Source: Psychrosphaera aquimarina (GTDB lineage Bacteria; Pseudomonadota; Gammaproteobacteria; Enterobacterales; Alteromonadaceae). Taken from it: 32,000 nt of DNA. Location: contig NZ_JAWCUA010000007.1 of NCBI RefSeq assembly GCF_032461525.1, positions 324,943 through 356,942 of the forward strand, given 5' to 3'. The stretch's first letter is position 1; every line of letters begins with the position of its first letter. Under the pieces are notes generated by a model, which worked only from the letters and a program-made list of their open reading frames with translations, made no database searches and was not told where the DNA came from. Positions 8,082 to 16,725 of the stretch are shown one piece after another. The translations under genes and the position numbers were made by a program.

Positions 8082-8113
8082 AAAAAAACCAGCAATATTA
8101 AATTGCTGGTTTT
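8082..8113 (-). terminator. intrinsic terminator after the major-subunit genes
   Basis: Stem CCAGCAAT (8089-8096) pairs with ATTGCTGG (8102-8109) around a 5-nt loop. The A7 on the plus strand (8082-8088) gives a U7 tail on the minus-strand transcript. It sits about 50 nt downstream of the 208-aa subunit stop. Confidence 0.75.
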
Positions 8114-8165
8114 CAGTAATTGTAAATTACTTTTTGTTAATTGGTACCGTTTAATAAATTAATAT

Positions 8166-8792
8166 TTATTGATAGATTACATTAACATCATAGTCTGCAG
8201 TGTACGAACCATCTGCAGTTAAGGCTACTTGGTTTACAATCGTACCACCAACGATAATACGTGTTTGACCTGCTGGTAAGTTCGCAGTTAAGTCTGGTGA
8301 TGCCTGTACAGGTTGTCCGTTACCTAGTCCTTCAGTAATTTGATCAAATGTAGCTGTATTTGAAGCTGTGAAATCCGCAACGTATGCATCGGGGGTAAAC
8401 GCAATATCGTTTGCAGCACCAGCTATAACTTCAACTGTGATACCTGCATCAGCATAAGCAGAAATACCAATAATGCCTACCTGACCATTTGCATCTGGAT
8501 CACCACAACCAGTACCTAAATCACCTGAAGCTGTGTAACCTGTAGGTGTACCTACACCTAACTGACCAGCTGACAGCGTTTCAGTACCAGCACCTACTGG
8601 GTCCATAACACAGGAGGCTGCTGGAGTTAGTGCCAATACAGGCCCAAAGTCTAGAGCCCTAATTGGTGTCAATGTAATTTCAGCTAACGTATCAAAAGTT
8701 AAAGTTGCTGTAAAATCTGTTGCAGCTGCATTTGCCGACAAACCAGCCAAAACTAATGGCAAACTTTTCTTAATCATATTTAAAGTTTTCAT
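8166..8792 (-). CDS. secreted acidic fibre subunit (DUF4402 / spore-coat-U-like), 208 aa
   Basis: Signal peptide ...GLSANAAA|TD. The mature N-terminus FTATLTFDTLAEITLT has alternating hydrophobic residues. It also has LDFGPV, a Cys pair (ASCVMDP, GTGCGDP) and the tail GQTRIIVGGTIVNQVALTADGSYTADYDVNVIYQ. The mature part contains almost no Lys or Arg. A GGAGA ribosome-binding site is present. Confidence 0.6.
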   Translation of the reverse strand: MKTLNMIKKSLPLVLAGLSANAAATDFTATLTFDTLAEITLTPIRALDFGPVLALTPAASCVMDPVGAGTETLSAGQLGVGTPTGYTASGDLGTGCGDPDANGQVGIIGISAYADAGITVEVIAGAANDIAFTPDAYVADFTASNTATFDQITEGLGNGQPVQASPDLTANLPAGQTRIIVGGTIVNQVALTADGSYTADYDVNVIYQ

Positions 8793-8806
8793 CGTATTCT
8801 CCTACC

Positions 8807-9559
8807 TTATTCGTAAGTTACTGTTACAACAACAGAATCACTAACCGCACCTGCTGTAATTGGAGTTCCATCAAATACTAGGACTCCACCAAGTAATATG
8901 TGAGTTTGGCCAGTATTATCTTCAAGCACCGAACCGCCAGTATCACCAGCACCTACTGATAAACCTACACCGGTAATCGATGTAACACCATCAAAGTCTC
9001 TACATACGTCTACGGCAGCAGTTCCATCAAAATCAACTACACAAGTTTGATCTCCAGCTGTATAAGTCCAACCAGTACCAACAACATCAGGGATATCTAC
9101 AGAAACTGTTGCACCTGCTACACCATCAACTTCTAAGACCATATGTGATCCGACTGTGGTACCCGTTGCGGCATCACCTAGACAGCCTGTTGAGTCATCA
9201 GCAATTTCACCAGGTACATGAGCGGCAGCTGCTCCATCAGTTAATGGTGTACCAGCTGGTATTACTAAGTCAGCTGCATCACTGGTATCATTACCATCGA
9301 TATTAACTAGTAAATCAGTCTCAAAAGCATTTGTCGCTGCAACAAGAATACAAGTATCGTTATTGTTTGGATTCAACTTAATTTTATCACCAAATGATAG
9401 GCTAGAATCTCCCAGTGATGCATGTTGTGTAATCGTAACATCAGATACCGCCTGAGCAGTAATTGTATATGTATCCGCACTAGCAACAAAGGCATTACCC
9501 AAGCCTAATATTAAGGCACTTGCTACTAGCGTCTTTTTCATTTTAAATTTTGGTTGCAT
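8807..9559 (-). CDS. secreted acidic fibre subunit (DUF4402 / spore-coat-U-like), 250 aa
   Basis: A strong GGAGG ribosome-binding site lies 7 nt upstream of the ATG. Signal peptide ...AFVASA|DT. It has the strand YTITAQAVSDVTIT, LSFGDK, four Cys residues and the tail GQTHILLGGVLVFDGTPITAGAVSDSVVVTVTYE. It is a paralog of the 208-aa and 166-aa proteins. Confidence 0.6.
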   Translation of the reverse strand: MQPKFKMKKTLVASALILGLGNAFVASADTYTITAQAVSDVTITQHASLGDSSLSFGDKIKLNPNNNDTCILVAATNAFETDLLVNIDGNDTSDAADLVIPAGTPLTDGAAAAHVPGEIADDSTGCLGDAATGTTVGSHMVLEVDGVAGATVSVDIPDVVGTGWTYTAGDQTCVVDFDGTAAVDVCRDFDGVTSITGVGLSVGAGDTGGSVLEDNTGQTHILLGGVLVFDGTPITAGAVSDSVVVTVTYE

Positions 9560-9734
9560 AACAACCCTCCTACATGATTTATTTTAGTAATGACCTTGAA
9601 AGAAAAATTACTATTAATATTTCTAACATGTTTAATGTATCGACTCGTTAAATAAAAGCTTTAGATCTTTTTCCCCTTTTTTTGAAATTTAATTTTTATC
9701 TTTAATAACAATAAGATAACCATATCATTTATAC

Positions 9735-9760
9735 AAAAAAGACAGCTAATATCAGCTGCC
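9735..9760 (-). terminator. weak intrinsic terminator after the lipoprotein pair
   Basis: Short hairpin GACAGCT / AGCTGCC (9741-9760; 5 contiguous bp plus 1). The A6 on the plus strand (9735-9740) gives U6 on the minus-strand transcript. It lies directly downstream of the stop at 9768. Confidence 0.35.
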
Positions 9761-9767
9761 TTTTTAT

Positions 9768-10502
9768 CTACTGTGCGGTATAAACTGGAATACCGTCGTT
9801 GTTATTGCTTTTCATAATGTGATTACTAATGGCACTAGGGATAAATCCTTGTGCACTGGCAACAATGGCTTTTGATTCCATACCTACGATTCTAGCGTTG
9901 ACCATAATACCTTGTTGATGTCTCACCAAAGTGCCGGTTAACACATAACGAATTGGAATGTCTGGGGAAAGATCTATGTAATCTTTACTCAGTACAAAAT
10001 CACCACCAGGCGTAACCCTAATGTAATCTGTTGCTTTAAAGTCAACAACGGGGATCCCTAATTTATGAACCTCATGCATAAAACCTTCAGATATTTGATT
10101 GCCTAATAGAGAAGCACTTTGGTAGTTACTGTCTAAAAAGACAAAACTAGACACGGCCATTGGCGTTGAGGCATTAACGTATTGCAGGTTAGTTAAAAGA
10201 TCCTGCATGATCCCTCTAACATAATGGTTAACGTTTTTTGTATTAGCGGCTTGTCCGTTGTGACTGCCCATTTGTCCGTTAGAACTTGAGCTCCACTTAT
10301 CTTGGTATTGGTTTTGAAAGTTAGCGCTATTTTCAAGAGGATCAGCGGATCTTAATAAGCTGATCTTATTTGTTTCGGGTTGACTAGCACCACTATTAAT
10401 TGATGCTTCCACTTGTTGATCTTCGAAGTCTGTCCATTTATCTAATGACGCACAGCCATTTAGTAACGACAGTGCAATACTACCTATAATTAATTTTTTC
10501 AT
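9768..10502 (-). CDS. lipoprotein, FlgO / TolB-N-terminal-like family (paralog B)
   Basis: Lipobox LSLLNGC|AS, followed by a low-complexity Q/N/S linker. The C-terminal domain reads ...MAVSSFVFLDSNYQSASLLGNQISEGFMHEVHKLGIPVVDF...IRYVLTGTLVRHQQGIMVNARIVGMESKAIVASAQGFI. This is the pattern I recall for FlgO-family outer-membrane lipoproteins. Confidence 0.45.
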   Translation of the reverse strand: MKKLIIGSIALSLLNGCASLDKWTDFEDQQVEASINSGASQPETNKISLLRSADPLENSANFQNQYQDKWSSSSNGQMGSHNGQAANTKNVNHYVRGIMQDLLTNLQYVNASTPMAVSSFVFLDSNYQSASLLGNQISEGFMHEVHKLGIPVVDFKATDYIRVTPGGDFVLSKDYIDLSPDIPIRYVLTGTLVRHQQGIMVNARIVGMESKAIVASAQGFIPSAISNHIMKSNNNDGIPVYTAQ

Positions 10503-10510
10503 AATACCCC

Positions 10511-11125
10511 CTAGTATTCCCCACGGTAAATTTGGTTATCGTTTAGCTGAACTTTTGAATGACTCCACATACTATTGGTAGCTATATAGTCAGTAGCCGC
10601 TGCAACTAAGCTTTTATCTTCAATTCGGATTAATCGTGCATTCACCATAAGTGAGTTTTGTTGAATGCTATAAGTGCCTGTTAACATATACTCAGCATTG
10701 ATTTTTTGATCTTGCATTACTTGCGTTCTAGATAACATGACGTCGCTATTTGGTGTCATCATGATTGATGGTAACGCTCTATGTTCAATTACTTTAAGGC
10801 CCGCTTGAGTAGATAAAGTGATAAAACTCTCTTGAATTTGTAAGCCTATTCTTTGCAGATTTGAATTTTTCTCGTGTTCTAAATTAGACACTGGCAAAAA
10901 TGTGCCGACTACCACCGGACTGTGAACATCCAAGCCGATCGACGTATCAAATAGCTGTCTCGCCATTCTTTCTACGCTTTGATGTAACGTTCCTTCTAAC
11001 GTTTCAGGTTCATAACCTTTACGCTCTAGAACCTCAATCTGTTTCTTTTGAAACGACGCTACTTCATCAGAAATCGTTGTACAACCAGCCAACATAGTAA
11101 CTAGTATTATGAATAAGTATTTCAT
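10511..11125 (-). CDS. lipoprotein, FlgO / TolB-N-terminal-like family (paralog A)
   Basis: Lipobox TMLAGC|TT. The sequence ...VVVGTFLPVSNLEHEKNSNLQRIGLQIQESFITLSTQAGLKVIEH...AEYMLTGTYSIQQNSLMVNARLIRIEDKSLVAAATDYI is collinear with the neighbouring 244-aa protein. The ORF-track start at 11131 is a GTG, so the ATG at 11125 (MKYLF...) is preferred. Confidence 0.45.
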   Translation of the reverse strand: MKYLFIILVTMLAGCTTISDEVASFQKKQIEVLERKGYEPETLEGTLHQSVERMARQLFDTSIGLDVHSPVVVGTFLPVSNLEHEKNSNLQRIGLQIQESFITLSTQAGLKVIEHRALPSIMMTPNSDVMLSRTQVMQDQKINAEYMLTGTYSIQQNSLMVNARLIRIEDKSLVAAATDYIATNSMWSHSKVQLNDNQIYRGEY

Positions 11126-11163
11126 AATCACTCATCTATTAATTAAATAATCTGATTTGAATT

Positions 11164-11180
11164 AGCAATAAGAGTGCCAG
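11164..11180 (-). promoter_or_regulatory. sigma-54 (RpoN) -24/-12 promoter for the lipoprotein pair
   Basis: The minus strand reads cTGGCACtcttaTTGCTaat. That is an exact TGGCAC-N5-TTGC with canonical GG/GC spacing. It lies about 40 nt upstream of the ATG at 11125. Confidence 0.65.
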
Positions 11181-11379
11181 AAAATTGGCGATGGTTGGAA
11201 CATGCCCTATTTATAATAGCGCTGAGGATTCACTGCAATTTTATACAATAGTAATTTAATTACACTTTCAAGCTTATTTTTAAGCAATTGCTGAAAAATA
11301 AGCCATACATTGATAGTGAATAATGCAAAGTTTCGTTATTATGTTTCATTCTGTTAAATAGACGAAGACTTCAATTCAT

Positions 11380-14300
11380 ATGCTTGATCAGATTTTAGCT
11401 TATTTCTCCATCTCCCCAGACAGCATTCTTATTTATGGTACTCACAACAAAGCAATGGTTGCTTTGTCCTTGTTTATCGCCATTTTGTCATCGTTTATGG
11501 GGTTGCAACTGGCGACTCAAGAAGCCAAAGACATTTCTATCGTACGTAGGAACATTACCTTATTGGGTGGTAGTGTTGCATTAGGTGGTGGTATTTGGTC
11601 TATGCATTTTATTGGTATGTTAGCGTTTGAGTTATGTACCGTGGTCGATTATAACGTTTCATTAACTTTATTCTCAATGTTGCCAGGCATAGCCGCATCG
11701 TTTGTTGCATTAAATCATATACAAAAACACACAAATGGTATCAAACCTCTTATATGGGGAGGCGTGTTGGTTGGTTCGGGAATAGGTGCTATGCACTATA
11801 CCGGCATGGCTTCAATGCAAATGGCGCCTTTGCTTCGTTATGATTTATCTATTTTTACCTTATCTATAATAGTGGCCGTTACCTTTGCTATGTTGTCATT
11901 ATGGATCCGTACTGGTTTGTTAAAAATCTGGGGACAAAAAGGTTGGCAAGCTAATTTAGTTGCTAGTGTCGTAATGGGCTTTGCTATTGCGGGTATGCAT
12001 TACACTGGCATGGCTGCTGCTCGTTTTGTTAAACCACCTGGATTAGAACTTGGCGACCAAACCAGTGAAATGTCCTTTTATTTAGCGCTAGTGGTTTCCA
12101 TTACTACTATCGTGATCATCACACTTATTTTATGTATTAATGTGATCTACAAATACCGAGATATATCCCGCCATGCCAGTTTAAGTGAGCATAGATTACG
12201 CTCTATGATGGATACTGCGGTGGATGCCATTATTAGTTTTGACCGCAAAGGGATTATAGAGAATGTAAACCGAGCCACTGAAACTTTGCTAGGTTGGAAT
12301 TCTCATGAGATTGTTGGCAAAAATGTAAAGTTATTGATGCCGCCAGAATCTTACGACACGCACGATAATAATTTACGAGAGTTTATTACTACAGGCCAAT
12401 CAAGTGTTATAGGTGGAAGCCGAGAGGTCAAAGCTCAACATAAAGATGGCACCTTAATTAATATTAGGTTAGCTATTGGCCATGTAGATCTTGAAAGAGA
12501 TAGTTTTTTTGTTGCCTTTATGTCCGACATACGTCAGCGCATTGAAATGGAACAAGCCCTTCGCGAAAATGAAGCTAAATTCAGATCGTTAATTAGTAAT
12601 ATTCCAGGCATTGCCTACCGTTGTTTAAACGAAAAAAGCTGGCCTTTATTGTTTATCAGTGATGCGGTTGAAGAAATTACAGGTTATCCGGCTAAGGATT
12701 TTTTACCGCCTAATAACAAACGAAATTTCTCGGATTTATTCCACCCTGACGATGTCGATTTGATTTCTTCGAACCAAATAGTGGATCAAATGTTCAATCT
12801 AGAATATCGAATTATCACTAAAAATGGTGATATTCGTTGGATGATGGAATTTGGCAATCATATTACCGACGATGAAACCGGAGAGATTTGGTTAGACGGT
12901 TTCATTATGGATATCACTGAGCGTCAAAATATGGAACAACAGCTTAGAGAAGCAAAAGAAATAGCAGAAGAAGCAGCAGAAGCGCGCGCCGCGTTTATGG
13001 CAAATATGAGCCATGAAATTAGAACGCCAATGAATGCCATTATTGGTTTTAGTGACATTTTATTAGAAACAGAACTAAAACCCGACCAGCTTAAACACTT
13101 GAATGTTATTAACAATGCGTCTAAATCATTATTACATTTATTAAACGATATATTAGACAGTGCAAAACTCGACAAAGGTAAGTTAGAGCTTGAGTTAAGA
13201 CAATTCTCATTAATAGAAGAAGTCGATGCGGTCATCTCTACATTATGGTTACAAGCCAGAAATAAAGGTTTAGAGCTAAATGCCGACATTTCTCGCAAAC
13301 TAAACGGCTTTTATTTAGGTAGCCCTGAACGTATACGACAAGTATTAACTAATTTAATTGGTAATGCAGTTAAATTTACCGAATCAGGCCGAGTGACGGT
13401 TTCGGTATACCCTGTTGGTGATAATAATGTAAGGTTCGAAATAGAAGACACTGGTATTGGCATGGACGAGCAACAGCTTAAATCTGTATTTGAAGCCTTT
13501 ACCCAAGCCGATGCATCCATGAGTCGACGTTTTGGCGGAACGGGCTTAGGGACCACCATTAGTAAACAACTTGTTGAATTAATGGGTGGGGAAATAAATG
13601 CACAGAGCGAACTTAATGTTGGTACTAAGTTTTACTTTGAACTTCCGTTACCACAAGTCAAACACAAAGTTGAAAAACAGCAAGTCACTCAGGTTCAGTT
13701 ACCGCCATTAAAAATATTAGTAGTGGATGATATCCAACAAAATATAGACTTATTAACCTTGTTACTCGAACGAGATGGCCATACCGTTGTGACCGCCCGA
13801 GACGGAAAACAAGCATTAGTACGTATGTCTGATTGTAAAGAAATCCAATTAGTATTAATGGATATTCAAATGCCAGTCTTAGATGGCTTAAATGCTACTA
13901 AACAAAGACGTGAATACGAAAAACAACATCAACTCCCTCAAATGCCGATAATCGCGTTAACCGCAAGTGTATTATTAGACGACAAATTAGCGGCTGAACA
14001 ATCAGGCATGCAAGGGTTTGCAAATAAACCGGTGGATTACACTTTATTAAGTAATGAAATTGCCCGAGTGTTAGACATTGACGTCGAACTGTCTCCTGTT
14101 ACGGTTGATAATAACAAGGCCGATTTATTAATGGATGAGACTAAAGGTGAAGCACTGTGGGGAAGTTTAGATGCTTATTATCAGCAAATATTAAGCTTTA
14201 TAAATAGTCAAAGTGTTGCAATTACGGATCTAAAACAAATAATAGTTTCTGAAAGCTGGGACAAAGTAACGGCCGTAGCCCATTCACTAAAAGGTGTGAG

Positions 14301-14694
14301 TGGTAATTTAGCCATAGTAAAATTACAACGTCTTTTTGCGCAACTTGAATCTGTCGTCAGCAGCCACCCAGAACAATGTATTTCTGTATATGAAACTATT
14401 GATGATGTTTTTACCGAGTTAACCGACAAAGTAAACACGTGGAAAAATAACTATCAAAATGTGGCAACATTTTCTGAAGTTGATCAAGATGCGTTAATCA
14501 GCTTACTCAATCAGCTACACACAAAGGCGCAAGAAAATGAAGCTGAAGAAACTGATCTCGCTGAACTGTTAACATACAGTGAATCCGAATACCGTAGCGA
14601 TATAAATAAAATTTATAACGCATTAAATGATTTTGAATTTGAATATGCTCTGGAGCATATAGTAGCGCTTAAACAACGCCTAGAAAGTAAGTGA
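11380..14694 (+). CDS. hybrid sensor histidine kinase: MHYT membrane sensor - PAS - PAS - HisKA/HATPase - receiver - HPt
   Basis: The multi-TM N-terminus carries three MHYT motifs (MHFIGM, MHYTGM, MHYTGM), followed by two PAS-like segments. The kinase core shows the H-box [16 protein letters not shown] and ATPase boxes [16 protein letters not shown] and GGTGLGT. The receiver reads ILVVDD...[11 protein letters not shown] and the HPt domain reads [12 protein letters not shown]. Confidence 0.9.
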   Translation: MLDQILAYFSISPDSILIYGTHNKAMVALSLFIAILSSFMGLQLATQEAKDISIVRRNITLLGGSVALGGGIWSMHFIGMLAFELCTVVDYNVSLTLFSMLPGIAASFVALNHIQKHTNGIKPLIWGGVLVGSGIGAMHYTGMASMQMAPLLRYDLSIFTLSIIVAVTFAMLSLWIRTGLLKIWGQKGWQANLVASVVMGFAIAGMHYTGMAAARFVKPPGLELGDQTSEMSFYLALVVSITTIVIITLILCINVIYKYRDISRHASLSEHRLRSMMDTAVDAIISFDRKGIIENVNRATETLLGWNSHEIVGKNVKLLMPPESYDTHDNNLREFITTGQSSVIGGSREVKAQHKDGTLINIRLAIGHVDLERDSFFVAFMSDIRQRIEMEQALRENEAKFRSLISNIPGIAYRCLNEKSWPLLFISDAVEEITGYPAKDFLPPNNKRNFSDLFHPDDVDLISSNQIVDQMFNLEYRIITKNGDIRWMMEFGNHITDDETGEIWLDGFIMDITERQNMEQQLREAKEIAEEAAEARAAFMANMSHEIRTPMNAIIGFSDILLETELKPDQLKHLNVINNASKSLLHLLNDILDSAKLDKGKLELELRQFSLIEEVDAVISTLWLQARNKGLELNADISRKLNGFYLGSPERIRQVLTNLIGNAVKFTESGRVTVSVYPVGDNNVRFEIEDTGIGMDEQQLKSVFEAFTQADASMSRRFGGTGLGTTISKQLVELMGGEINAQSELNVGTKFYFELPLPQVKHKVEKQQVTQVQLPPLKILVVDDIQQNIDLLTLLLERDGHTVVTARDGKQALVRMSDCKEIQLVLMDIQMPVLDGLNATKQRREYEKQHQLPQMPIIALTASVLLDDKLAAEQSGMQGFANKPVDYTLLSNEIARVLDIDVELSPVTVDNNKADLLMDETKGEALWGSLDAYYQQILSFINSQSVAITDLKQIIVSESWDKVTAVAHSLKGVSGNLAIVKLQRLFAQLESVVSSHPEQCISVYETIDDVFTELTDKVNTWKNNYQNVATFSEVDQDALISLLNQLHTKAQENEAEETDLAELLTYSESEYRSDINKIYNALNDFEFEYALEHIVALKQRLESK

Positions 14695-14704
14695 AGGTAA
14701 AGTA

Positions 14705-15691
14705 ATGGAAAACAAACAAGCAACCATTTTAATTGTTGATGATGAACCGGCTAACTTACGCGTTTTAAAACAGATTTTACAACAAGATTATCGATTGATT
14801 TTTGCTAAAGGCGGTCAAGAAGCATTACGTTTAGCACACGATAAAAAACCAAATCTAATACTATTAGATATTATGATGCCTGATATAACTGGGTTAGAAG
14901 TCTGTAAACAACTGAAAGCCGATCCCGTCACCACTAAAATACCCGTTATTTTTGTGACGGCATTAAACGATCATGATGATGAAGCTCAAGGATTAGAACT
15001 TGGTGCAGTCGATTACATAACCAAACCAGTATCAGCCCCTGTAGTTAAAGCTCGTGTCGCGACACATTTATCACTTGTGCAAGCCGACGAATTAAGACGA
15101 ACTCGTCTACAAGTCATACAGCGCTTAGGGCATGCATCGGAATACAAAGATAATGAAACAGGCATGCACGTAATGCGCATGAGCCATTATTCTCAGGTTC
15201 TGGCGCTTGCTTTTGGATTCTCAGAACAACGGGCTGACGATTTACTTCATGCGGCACCTATGCATGATTTAGGAAAAATAGGCATTCCAGATAGCATTAT
15301 GCTAAAACCAGGCAAGTTAACTAACGAAGAGTTTGATGTGATGAAAACGCATCCCGTTATTGGCGCTCATATCTTAGGGGACGATGACTCAGACTTGATC
15401 AGTTTAGCCAAAGTAGTCGCCCTAACTCACCATGAAAAATGGGATGGTACAGGCTACCCAAATGGTCTAGCCGGTAAAGATATACCAGTTGAAGGTCGTA
15501 TCGTTGCAATCGCAGATGTATTTGATGCCTTAACGAGTGTTCGACCATATAAAGATGCTTGGTCAATTGAAAGGGCTGTAGAGTTAATACAAAATGAAAG
15601 TGGAAAACACTTTGATCCGGAACTGGTTAGTCTGTTTGTTCAAGAACTAGATAAAATGCTAGAAATTAAACAACGCTGGAAAGATGAATAA
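14705..15691 (+). CDS. response regulator with HD-GYP domain (RpfG-type c-di-GMP phosphodiesterase)
   Basis: Receiver domain ILIVDDEPANL...LLDIMMPDITG...ITKP. HD-GYP motifs HDLGKIGIP and HHEKWDGTGYPNGL. The gene starts 10 nt after the kinase stop, behind a GAAGG ribosome-binding site. Confidence 0.9.
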   Translation: MENKQATILIVDDEPANLRVLKQILQQDYRLIFAKGGQEALRLAHDKKPNLILLDIMMPDITGLEVCKQLKADPVTTKIPVIFVTALNDHDDEAQGLELGAVDYITKPVSAPVVKARVATHLSLVQADELRRTRLQVIQRLGHASEYKDNETGMHVMRMSHYSQVLALAFGFSEQRADDLLHAAPMHDLGKIGIPDSIMLKPGKLTNEEFDVMKTHPVIGAHILGDDDSDLISLAKVVALTHHEKWDGTGYPNGLAGKDIPVEGRIVAIADVFDALTSVRPYKDAWSIERAVELIQNESGKHFDPELVSLFVQELDKMLEIKQRWKDE

Positions 15692-15708
15692 CTAAATTTT
15701 TTCCAATA

Positions 15709-15761
15709 AAAAAGGCAAATCCATGGCCCTTGTAACAATGCCTGTGTTTTTGCCTTTTTTT
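15709..15761. terminator. possible bidirectional terminator between the convergent HD-GYP and thyA genes
   Basis: AAAAAGGCAAA (15709-15719) can pair with TTTGCCTTTTT (15749-15759), with T7 on the plus side and A-rich sequence on the other side. The loop is large (about 29 nt), so the call is weak. Confidence 0.35.
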
Positions 15762-15808
15762 ATATGTATTGGTTTATTTATGTCAAAAGGGATAAACAGA
15801 ACCTAACG

Positions 15809-16660
15809 TTATACCGAGAATGGATACGCAATAGGTGGATGACACTCATACCCTTCTACTTCGAAATCATCCATAGTTACCCAAGTTTCTAAATCTTCTA
15901 ATGATTTTATCTTTGGGTTGATAATTAACTTTGGTGACGGGAAAGGGTCACGTTTTAATTGAACATCACGCATCAATTCGAGTTGATCTTCATAAATGTG
16001 AGCATTCACTATCTTGTGATACGCTTTACCAGCTTTATTCCCCGTTATTTGAGCGACTAAGGCTAATAATACAAATACCTGAACTTGATTAAAGTTAAGC
16101 CCAAGCGGTACGTCGCAAGAGCGTTGATAACTGGTTAAATATAAGGTGTCGCCTAATAACGAGAATGTGTGTGTGTGCATACAAGGACGTAAACATCCCA
16201 TATGAAACTCACCAGGATTATAAAACGATAAAATTTCACCGCGATCATCAATGCCGTTAGAAAGATCAACCACTAATTTTTTAAGTTGATCAACAAAACC
16301 ACCATCTGGTTTAGCCCAACGACGGCCTTGGACGCCATAAACTCTGCCCATATCATCCTCACCTTTTCGGTGTGGGTTATTCAGCCAAACGTCATTTTCA
16401 TTGGCATTGGCATTCCACGTATTACAACCTATAGAACGAAAGTCCGCCGCGTTATCATATCCACGAATATAACCAAGTAATTCAGCAATCGCCGCTTTCC
16501 AATAGCTCTTACGCGTGGTGATCATTGGAAACTCGTTAGCACCAACATCATAATTTAATTCTGCATTGATAACCGTTAAACAACGTTTACCAGTACGTTT
16601 GTTTTCAATCCAAGTGCCTTCGTCAACAATACGTTGGCATAACTCTAAATATTGTTTCAT
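15809..16660 (-). CDS. thyA: thymidylate synthase (283-aa Vibrio-type ThyA)
   Basis: N-terminus [17 protein letters not shown]. Also ...RPCMHTHTF... (catalytic Cys region) and ...[12 protein letters not shown].... The gene is syntenic with lgt, ptsP and rppH. Confidence 0.93.
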   Translation of the reverse strand: MKQYLELCQRIVDEGTWIENKRTGKRCLTVINAELNYDVGANEFPMITTRKSYWKAAIAELLGYIRGYDNAADFRSIGCNTWNANANENDVWLNNPHRKGEDDMGRVYGVQGRRWAKPDGGFVDQLKKLVVDLSNGIDDRGEILSFYNPGEFHMGCLRPCMHTHTFSLLGDTLYLTSYQRSCDVPLGLNFNQVQVFVLLALVAQITGNKAGKAYHKIVNAHIYEDQLELMRDVQLKRDPFPSPKLIINPKIKSLEDLETWVTMDDFEVEGYECHPPIAYPFSV

Positions 16661-16680
16661 TTAATTTCTCTGATATACAA

Positions 16681-16708
16681 ACCACTAAGGACACCAAGGA
16701 CACAAAGG
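16681..16708. repeat. solo copy of the 28-bp triple 9-mer motif (ac CACTAAGGA CACCAAGGA CACAAAGGg)
   Basis: Matches 17164-17191 at 25 of 28 positions, and also matches the left arms of the repeat array. It lies between the thyA start and the GxxExxY stop. Confidence 0.8.
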
Positions 16709-16725
16709 GTTATATTAAAAATAAA

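Noticed and set aside
9109-9306. A His/Leu-rich 65-aa plus-strand ORF opposite the 250-aa subunit gene.
   Set aside because: It is an artefact of the repetitive GGT/ACC/GCA codon composition of the subunit gene, and it has no start context.
9560-9767. A possible c-di-GMP riboswitch or invertible (fimS-like) promoter switch upstream of the major subunit genes; the same was considered for 7785-8165.
   Set aside because: The region is very AT-rich and has none of the GC-rich conserved GEMM helices. I found no flanking inverted repeats, and there is no recombinase gene nearby.
12924-14438. Three minus-strand ORFs (124, 82 and 76 aa) inside the hybrid kinase gene.
   Set aside because: They are antisense shadows of a 1104-aa ORF with clear domain motifs throughout.
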